DNA of 64,000 nucleotides from Fibrobacteria bacterium (GTDB lineage Bacteria; Fibrobacterota; Fibrobacteria; UBA11236): NCBI GenBank assembly GCA_043745805.1, contig JAYTSD010000032.1, positions 32,001 to 96,000 of the forward strand, read 5' to 3'. Shown piece by piece: positions 57,313 to 64,000 of this stretch (position 1 is its first letter; each line of letters starts with the position of its first letter). The notes under the pieces were generated by a model. It saw only the letters and a program-made list of their open reading frames with translations, ran no database searches and was not told where the DNA came from. The position numbers and the translations under genes were made by a program.

Positions 57313-58323
57313 ATGATGGCTTCAGGAAAAAACAAATCCAAAAAATCGGTGAGTAAAAAAAGCTTGAAAACTTCGCCTGTCTCTGAGGCGAAAAAAAAGG
57401 ACATTGTGAAAAAAGAATTGGTGAAAAAGGAATTGCCTAGCTCTAAAAAGGCGACTCCAGTGAAAGTTGAAAAAAAAGCCCCTGTGGCTAAGGTTGCAAA
57501 AAATATTGTTTCACCGACTTTGGTTAAACCCGTCGTTAAAGCAAGTGTTGTTTCAAAATCTCCCAAAGTAACTGCTGTCGAAACAAAAGCCGAAAGCAAA
57601 ATTGAAATTAAAGCTGAAATTAAAGTAGAGGTAAAACCTAAGCCCATAATACTTAAAGAAGTAATTCCGCAAGTGGTGGCGGCTAAAATTGAAGTCCGAC
57701 CAATTCGATCGACCGTTCTTAACTTAGATAAGCCAGCTAGTAAACCATCAGTTAAGCCTTTCATGAAATCCGAAGCTATTTTTGATAGAACGGGTAAAAA
57801 AAATCCTGTCCCTAAGGCGGTTAAAGCTGCGAAGGCTGCAGAAGCTAATTTAGCTAAAGGCAAAAAAGAAAAACCGGATGCAGCTGCACCAGTTAAAAAA
57901 CCTATGCGATCTTTTTTTCATGAAGTGTCTCCTGATGCTGAACGCGTTATTAAACGCGGTGAAAAAACTACTTTATCGACTTTACCTATTGACGTACAAA
58001 ATCGCCGCCGCGGTGCTTCTACGGAAGAAAGCCCAGAAGAATTGGTTGAGCGTATTGAAAAAGAATTAGAGAATCAACACATTTTTAAACGCAATGTGTT
58101 ACGTCCGCAACTTTGCACCAAATGCGGATTGAATGTGGTTTCTGAGCGATTTACTATTGATAAAGAATTAGGTTATTGCACGGACTGTGCAGAGATTTTG
58201 CATTTGGGTGAAACTAAAGAAGCACGTAAAATGGATTTCTTACCTGCCCTTCCCAAAAAAGATGGAGCGGCTGCAGGTGAAGATGATATCGATAAAGATA
58301 TAGAAGATGAAGCGGATGAGTAA
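57313..58323 (+). CDS. Lys/Ala/Val/Pro-rich basic protein with C-terminal C4 zinc finger of DksA/TraR spacing
   Basis: SD AAGGAG; about 200 aa histone-H1-like region; CTKC-x17-CTDC; acidic tail. Confidence 0.6.
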   Translation: MMASGKNKSKKSVSKKSLKTSPVSEAKKKDIVKKELVKKELPSSKKATPVKVEKKAPVAKVAKNIVSPTLVKPVVKASVVSKSPKVTAVETKAESKIEIKAEIKVEVKPKPIILKEVIPQVVAAKIEVRPIRSTVLNLDKPASKPSVKPFMKSEAIFDRTGKKNPVPKAVKAAKAAEANLAKGKKEKPDAAAPVKKPMRSFFHEVSPDAERVIKRGEKTTLSTLPIDVQNRRRGASTEESPEELVERIEKELENQHIFKRNVLRPQLCTKCGLNVVSERFTIDKELGYCTDCAEILHLGETKEARKMDFLPALPKKDGAAAGEDDIDKDIEDEADE

Positions 58324-58332
58324 GGCGTTAAA

Positions 58333-58665
58333 TTAACGCATTACTTTTTCTTTTTTTTCTTCTTCTTGATCAACATCTCGTAAAGTCATTTTTGTTTCAA
58401 ACTCCTCGCGATCAATATTTTGCATGAAAAATGGATCGCGAGAGAAATCTCGCGTCAAGAGCATCGCATCGATTTCTTCATCTTTGGGCCCAAGTATATA
58501 AATAGCGGGCAACTCGCCTTTTCCAAGCACATCGATATTTTGCATCACATGAGCACGTAAAGCAGGGTTTTGATTTTTGCCTGGTTCATTTTTTTCTTCA
58601 GACCACGTGGTGGTGGTAAAGACTCCCAATAAACAGGCTAAACTTATCCTCATCCATTTTTGCAT
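58333..58665 (-). CDS. Small exported protein, GltF/CglF-like
   Basis: Signal peptide; IDVLGKGELPAIYILGP...LTRDF...IDREEF pattern; SD GGAGG. The family call is inference. Confidence 0.45.
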   Translation of the reverse strand: MQKWMRISLACLLGVFTTTTWSEEKNEPGKNQNPALRAHVMQNIDVLGKGELPAIYILGPKDEEIDAMLLTRDFSRDPFFMQNIDREEFETKMTLRDVDQEEEKKEKVMR

Positions 58666-58733
58666 TGAATCCTCCGCGTCTCTATTGCTGCTTACTTAGA
58701 ATAAATTCAGGAAGCTGGAAAGTCAAACCAAAT

Positions 58734-59747
58734 TTAGAGTGCCGCTATGGTCCATGCTAAGCTGGGTGAAACAGTTAATTCAGAGTGAAAGGCATTTTCA
58801 TTGGCTCTTTTTTGGGCCATAGCAGCAATCATAGCGCCATTATCCCCACTTAATGCCGCAGGAGGAAATACCGCACGCATGCCGCGCTTGCCTAGCTCTT
58901 CGGTCATTCTTTGGCGTAAATATTTATTGGCGGAAACGCCTCCTACTACGGCCAATGTGTGCAGATCGTTCTGTTTAAGGGCAGAAAGCGCTTTTTTCAC
59001 TAAGATTTCCACAATCGCACTTTCAATGGAGGCACAAATAGAAGGTAAATTAGCTTTGAGAAAATCGGAGTTTTGTGTTTGTGTATATCGTAACACAGCA
59101 GTTTTTAATCCACTAAACGAAAACTCCAAGCTGCCTTTTTGGTCTAGGGCTTTGGGCAAGGGAATAAAATCTCGATTTCCATTTTCGGCTAATTTGGCAA
59201 GAAGTGGTCCGGCAGGATAACCTAGACCTAATATTTTTCCCGTTTTATCGAAGGCTTCACCTGCGGCATCGTCACGAGTTTTACCTAGCATAATATATTG
59301 AAAGTTTTCATTTACGCGACAAAATTCGGTATGTCCACCTGAAACGACCAAACAAACAAAAGGGGGTTTAAGATTAGGTTCGGTTAAATAAGCCGTGCCT
59401 AAATGCCCCTCCAGATGATGAATGCCAATGAGGGGTTTATCGAGGTAACGTGCAAGTGACTTCGCGAAAGCCGCACCTACCAATAAGGCTCCCAATAAGC
59501 CCGGTCCACGGGTGAAGGCGATACGATCAATTTGTTGAATATTTAAATTGGCCATCGATAAGGCTTGCTGGACAATGGGACTAATTTTTTCCAAATGCGC
59601 GCGCGCAGCAATTTCAGGAACTACGCCTCCATATAGAGCATGCGTATCCACTTGACTATATACAGCATTTGCTAAGACGTTTAAGCCTTCATCTACAATG
59701 CCACAGGCCGTTTCGTCACAAGAAGTTTCGATTCCTAATGTTGTCAT
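58734..59747 (-). CDS. tsaD: tRNA N6-adenosine threonylcarbamoyltransferase
   Basis: LGIETSCDET, GGVVPEIAARAH, GPGLLGAL, HHLEGH, VSGGHT, DDAAGEAFDK, FSFSGLKT, DNGAMIA. Confidence 0.97.
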   Translation of the reverse strand: MTTLGIETSCDETACGIVDEGLNVLANAVYSQVDTHALYGGVVPEIAARAHLEKISPIVQQALSMANLNIQQIDRIAFTRGPGLLGALLVGAAFAKSLARYLDKPLIGIHHLEGHLGTAYLTEPNLKPPFVCLVVSGGHTEFCRVNENFQYIMLGKTRDDAAGEAFDKTGKILGLGYPAGPLLAKLAENGNRDFIPLPKALDQKGSLEFSFSGLKTAVLRYTQTQNSDFLKANLPSICASIESAIVEILVKKALSALKQNDLHTLAVVGGVSANKYLRQRMTEELGKRGMRAVFPPAALSGDNGAMIAAMAQKRANENAFHSELTVSPSLAWTIAAL

Positions 59748-59884
59748 GGACGGCAATATTAATTACTTCTCCATTCACAAAAAACCCTATTTTAAAAAAG
59801 GGCGAGTATTATTCCCCCGTTTTTTTGGGGAAGATGGGTTTTGCCCTCTTTTCAAGCAAAGCGAAATGATGGACAATAGAAAAT

Positions 59885-61723
59885 ATGCTTTACTCTGAAC
59901 CGATTCTGACCTGCGATAAACAAGTACTGCTTAACGCTTTTATTCCATTAAGCGAAAACGGCAAAAAAATCCTCGAAGTACTTTTGATAAGCCCTAAAAA
60001 TGGAAATGTTGAAGGCCGAGGATTTTTTAATGATCCTGATTTTTTAATTGAGGCTTGTACGCCATTTATTGGGCGCTATAATTTTTCACTTTCCGCTTTT
60101 GCGTATAGTCCAGAAAAAGTAGCCGGACGGATTGCAATAAATAAAATCGATCGGGGATTGGTGGAGCCAAAAATACAAGAACTTGGCGAGGCGCATTCTT
60201 TATCCCTGCATTTAATGTTCAAACCCGAATTAATGCGAGAGATGACAGCCTTTAGTGAAAATAACGGCGGAGCCGATTACTCCTTACAAATCGTGTATCA
60301 AATTCAACATATTTTTGAACGCTTACAATTGCATACCTATGTGCTCGATTATTTTTTTACCGGCATGGTGGTGCGTTTTAATCCCGTGCGTGAATTGCAA
60401 AAATACCGATTGAATAAATCCACTTGGGCGCAGGTCAATAAAAAATTATTGGAAGTTTTGGAAAAAGAAATGTTTCCTGGGGAGCATAAAAAATATGCTT
60501 TACAATCTTCGGTTATGGGAAAGGTTTGGGATCCCTTGCCCGGTATGCCTGGGATGTTTATGGGAGCTGATCATGAATGTTTAATTGTGCGATCTTCGGG
60601 TGGATTGCAAGCGGCTGAGGAAAATTTCTTTACGGATTTATTTTCTAATGCGCTCGAAGGCAAACAAAATCAACAAAGTTCGCAAAGCGTTTATGCTTCA
60701 GCAAATACGCATGGCTTGAGTCAGCATTGGGAAGAAGCGGTAGATCCAAGTTTATTACCAAATGATCCACAAGCGGCGAAAAATTTTGCCGGAGCCAAGC
60801 CGGGATTTCCTGAAATTCAAGAACAAAATAGCAGCTCAGAGCTGAACCATTTTTTGCATCATCGGGTACTTACGAAATGGCGTTGGCCTTTGTTTTCCAA
60901 TGTGTTCAATAAAGTTTATCAGGGCATTGGATGCGGCCAGGTATTGTTTTTACAAGGGCTATCTTTTTCGGGTGAATTGTGTTTTCAATTTTTATTACAA
61001 AGCGCCGAAAGTTTTAGCAAAGAAGGCGCGGGTCAGGTTTTATTTTTCACCAAAAAAAGAACTATTGGCGATATGGCTTTGGCGTCATTATCTCGTCACT
61101 ATAAAAGCAATCCTTTAATCAGTCGTGCGGCAGGCCAATTTCCTGATATAGATGGCTTAGTCGCCACTTACGAAAGTCTTTTCACTAATGCGCCACAGCT
61201 TATGCAAAGCCCGCCTAGAGAAGGCCTAGAGGACATTCTTCGCTATTTGGAACACGATTATATTTTAAAACAAAAAAAGAATGGCGAAGGTTTAATTCCT
61301 TTGGTGATTATCATTGATAATCTGGAAGAATATGCTGCTGAGGATCCGCAAGAAACTTATCGTAACCTTGCTCAATTACGGAATAAATTAGTGGATTTGA
61401 ATGCCACATTATGGATTTCCCAAGTGGGTTCAACTTGGGAAAGTATTTCGACTTTGTACTTGGGTTTGGCGAATTATGCTTTACGTTTAGATACCGATGG
61501 GGCTTTAGAGGGATTGGATGGACGACCCGGTTCCAATTCGCAAAAGTTATGGGAAAATCAATTTGTGGTGGAGCCCAATTTAAGCAAAATAATGCAGGAG
61601 CTTTCCTTAGTGAAATTGCATTTTAGAATGCATGGGGCGCATCGAGAATACAGTTCCTCCTATATTTTTCAAAATAGTAGCTGTTTGTTTCGAGAAACTT
61701 CCAGTTTGGATGTTTCCGCTTAA
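59885..61723 (+). CDS. Hypothetical protein with degenerate C-terminal RecA/KaiC/DnaB-like domain
   Basis: FNKVYQGIGCGQVLFLQGLSFSGE (Walker A position lacking Lys), QVLFFT, LVIIIDNL (Walker B-like), LWISQ, LANYALRL. Confidence 0.5.
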   Translation: MLYSEPILTCDKQVLLNAFIPLSENGKKILEVLLISPKNGNVEGRGFFNDPDFLIEACTPFIGRYNFSLSAFAYSPEKVAGRIAINKIDRGLVEPKIQELGEAHSLSLHLMFKPELMREMTAFSENNGGADYSLQIVYQIQHIFERLQLHTYVLDYFFTGMVVRFNPVRELQKYRLNKSTWAQVNKKLLEVLEKEMFPGEHKKYALQSSVMGKVWDPLPGMPGMFMGADHECLIVRSSGGLQAAEENFFTDLFSNALEGKQNQQSSQSVYASANTHGLSQHWEEAVDPSLLPNDPQAAKNFAGAKPGFPEIQEQNSSSELNHFLHHRVLTKWRWPLFSNVFNKVYQGIGCGQVLFLQGLSFSGELCFQFLLQSAESFSKEGAGQVLFFTKKRTIGDMALASLSRHYKSNPLISRAAGQFPDIDGLVATYESLFTNAPQLMQSPPREGLEDILRYLEHDYILKQKKNGEGLIPLVIIIDNLEEYAAEDPQETYRNLAQLRNKLVDLNATLWISQVGSTWESISTLYLGLANYALRLDTDGALEGLDGRPGSNSQKLWENQFVVEPNLSKIMQELSLVKLHFRMHGAHREYSSSYIFQNSSCLFRETSSLDVSA

Positions 61724-61825
61724 AAATTGCCTCAAGCCGATAATTCATAATTTAAAGTTGGGAGTTTATTCCAGAGTGGATAAATTCTCGGCAACGCCGC
61801 TAAGCCGTTCTATATTTCCCTCGAG

Positions 61826-62704
61826 ATGAAAAATCAAATTGCCTATTTGTTTTGGGAAGCTATTCGTGGGCTTCGTTCCGATAAATTTTTATCCATTACT
61901 TCGGTGATTACTATTGGGATTTGTGCTTCGGTACTTTCCTTGATGATGATGGTTTTATTTTCTGCATGGACCATTACAAAAGGAACGGATTCTGACGAAG
62001 CTATTCGAGCCTTTGTGCGATCTTCGGCAGAGTCACCAGCCGCTTTAAAAAAACTGGAAAATCAACTGCATGAAATATCCGGTTTGGATTCTGTAATATT
62101 TATCAGTAAAGATGATGCGTGGATGGAATTTAAAAATGATTTTGGCGAAGATATGTTAAAGTCCTTGGAGTTCAATCCTTTACCGCATTCTTTTTGGTTG
62201 TATCCTTCCAAACAATTTCGCAGTGCGACGCAACTCAAAACTTTACACCAACGTTTACATTGGATTTCGGAAATTGAAGCGGTGAGCGGCGATTCACAAT
62301 ATACAGCTTGGTTGGATAAATGGAAATGGCCCACTTTAATCGGTGCTTTTTGGGTGATGCTTTTTGTAGCGGGTGCGTTGGCTTTGATTATTCACAATGC
62401 GGTAAAACTCAACTTATATGCACGCCGATTATTAGTGGAGAATATGAAATATTGTGGCGCTGCGGAATGGTTTATTATCACGCCCTTTTTATTAGAAGGG
62501 GTATTATTGGGGTTACTGGGGAGTTCCATTGGAGTGTTGGTACTTTTTCTTTGTCGAAATTTATCCCGTTTGATTTCTCCTGATTTTGCAGCCTCCATAC
62601 CCGTAGGAGCTTGCTCCCTTATCCTTTTGGGTGCTACTGCATTGATTGCTGGAATAGCGAGTATTCGCACGGTGCGGCATTTTCTGTTTAGGAATGCGGC
62701 GTGA
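61826..62704 (+). CDS. ftsX: Cell division permease FtsX
   Basis: FISKDDAW.EFK, NPLPHSF, IIHNAVKL..YARR, MKYCGA..WFIITPFLLEG. Confidence 0.9.
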   Translation: MKNQIAYLFWEAIRGLRSDKFLSITSVITIGICASVLSLMMMVLFSAWTITKGTDSDEAIRAFVRSSAESPAALKKLENQLHEISGLDSVIFISKDDAWMEFKNDFGEDMLKSLEFNPLPHSFWLYPSKQFRSATQLKTLHQRLHWISEIEAVSGDSQYTAWLDKWKWPTLIGAFWVMLFVAGALALIIHNAVKLNLYARRLLVENMKYCGAAEWFIITPFLLEGVLLGLLGSSIGVLVLFLCRNLSRLISPDFAASIPVGACSLILLGATALIAGIASIRTVRHFLFRNAA

Positions 62705-63858
62705 ACGGTAGGTTTTTCTTTGCCCTTTTTTTGACCACTTTTTTTTTGAATCAGGCTTTCGCGAAGCATGATTATGATAAAGAAATTGCCAAACAAAAAG
62801 AAGAACTCAATGAACTGAAAGATGAATTGGAAAAAGAGAAAAAAGATTTAGCCGAGTTAAAGCAAAAGAAAACGGGCGCTTTGGAGCAGCTTAATAAATT
62901 ACAAGACAATATTTCCACTACCGAAAAATATCTGCAAAAATTAAATTCAACCGAAGAGGCTCTCAATCATTCCTTAGAGGAAATTCAAAAAGAACTCATT
63001 GCGTTACAAGGACGTATTTCCGAGCGCAATAAAATTATGGGGAAGCGCGTACGCGCCTTATTCATGCAGGGTAAAACTCAGCCTATAGCCGTAGAATTGT
63101 GGAAACCCAATACCACTTTATCCAGTACTTTTGATAAAGCTTTTTTAATGCAAAAAGTGGTGCAATATGATCAAAACCTTTTATTAGCGAGTCAAAAAGA
63201 CGCGACTTTAAAAGCCAAAACTTTGCAAAAAATGCAAACCAAACATGAAGAAGTGGAAGGATTTCGCAAACATAAAGCGCAAGAAATAATCACTTATTCT
63301 ACTGCGAAAAAAAATCAGGAAGTACAGTTAAATGAATTACAGGCCAATGTAGAAGCCAAAAATCAAGCTTTACAGCAATTAGAAGATAATGAAAAACTGA
63401 TCACTGAATTGATTAGAACTTTAGAAAAAAAACGCAAAGAAGAATTGGCTCACCATGTCAAAAAACCGATTGCCTTAGAAACCGGAGAGAAATATTGTAT
63501 GCCAGCGGATGGCGATATTGCTTCCGAATATGGCTTACATTTTAATTCTACTTTGAAAATCACCACGAAAAATTTGGGTATTGAAATCCAAGGAAAAGGT
63601 GGCGCGCCTGTACGGGCAGCTGTTTCTGGTGAAGTGGCTATGATTACGCAAATTCCAGGTTATGGTCCAGGCCTAATTCTCGATAATGGATCTAATTATT
63701 TTACCATTTACGCCAATGTTACGGGTATCCCCTGGAAAACGGGAGATAAAATTAAAACTTGCCAAGAGCTAGGACATGTGCCAGCAAAGGGTCGCGTTTA
63801 TTTTGAAGTGCGCCAAGGAACCAAAACTTTAGATCCCGTAAAATGGCTGAAACAATAA
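62701..63858 (+). CDS. envC: EnvC-like murein hydrolase activator (coiled coil + degenerate M23)
   Basis: Signal peptide, long coiled coil, M23-like domain lacking Zn ligands (NLGIEI, VYFEVR), DPVKWL; GTGA overlap with ftsX. Confidence 0.82.
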   Translation: MNGRFFFALFLTTFFLNQAFAKHDYDKEIAKQKEELNELKDELEKEKKDLAELKQKKTGALEQLNKLQDNISTTEKYLQKLNSTEEALNHSLEEIQKELIALQGRISERNKIMGKRVRALFMQGKTQPIAVELWKPNTTLSSTFDKAFLMQKVVQYDQNLLLASQKDATLKAKTLQKMQTKHEEVEGFRKHKAQEIITYSTAKKNQEVQLNELQANVEAKNQALQQLEDNEKLITELIRTLEKKRKEELAHHVKKPIALETGEKYCMPADGDIASEYGLHFNSTLKITTKNLGIEIQGKGGAPVRAAVSGEVAMITQIPGYGPGLILDNGSNYFTIYANVTGIPWKTGDKIKTCQELGHVPAKGRVYFEVRQGTKTLDPVKWLKQ

Positions 63859-63870
63859 AACAGGTTTAAC

Positions 63871-64000
63871 ATGCAATTAGAATTTCTCCATACCTTAGGC
63901 CAAGATGGCGCCAAACAATTTTTAACTGAAGCCATGCTGAATAATCGCTTTCCGCATGCATTGCTTATTTATGGATCTTTTGGTGTGGGTCAAAATGCTT
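63871..64000 (+). CDS. holB: DNA polymerase III delta-prime-like subunit, partial (runs off the window end)
   Basis: Manual translation MQLEFLHTLGQDGAKQFLTEAMLNNRFPHALLIYGSFGVGQNA matches the GQ...R.PHA.L..G..GVG pattern. Confidence 0.7.
   Translation, partial: MQLEFLHTLGQDGAKQFLTEAMLNNRFPHALLIYGSFGVGQNA

Noticed and set aside
57291-57863. 190-aa hydrophobic minus-strand ORF
   Set aside because: Antisense shadow of the Lys-rich plus-strand gene (AAA codons read as Phe/Leu).
1-64000. CRISPR arrays, IS elements, integron attC sites, dif site, rRNA/tRNA
   Set aside because: No regularly spaced repeats, transposase/integrase ORFs or convincing consensus matches seen by eye; short ncRNAs could be missed without a covariance-model search.

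Overview
AT-rich bacterial chromosomal segment, densely coding. I found no rRNA, tRNA, CRISPR array or transposase. Core genes include msrA, ssb, valS, trpEGDC, a fused glyQS, a complete tolQ-tolR-tolA-tolB-pal-cpoB cluster, dnaA (without adjacent dnaN), sahR-metH, pyrC, lepA, tsaD, ftsX-envC and the start of a holB-like gene. The gene mix suggests a diderm, probably aerobic organism, possibly Fibrobacterota (inference only). Two candidate novel systems stand out. (1) At 11.9-14.1 kb a secreted Asp-box (beta-propeller-like) protein with a C-terminal Cys loop and helical tail is followed by two tandem paralogous small secreted proteins. Their pattern resembles OB-fold B subunits of AB5 toxins, suggesting an AB5-like assembly with a non-classical A subunit. 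(2) At 46.6-48.3 kb a DUF692 (MNIO) enzyme lies convergent with a secreted precursor carrying two HGCKGxNxCKGxGGC repeats (bufferin-like RiPP) and a Cys-free sibling peptide, with no adjacent DUF2063 partner. Other notable items are a decayed brnT toxin beside an intact brnA, a NamZ-MurU-like peptidoglycan salvage pair, a reordered minor-pilin cluster, a DksA/TraR-type zinc-finger protein with a histone-like N-terminus, a degenerate RecA-superfamily protein upstream of ftsX, and several operator-like palindromes. All calls come from motif reading by eye; no database searches were run.
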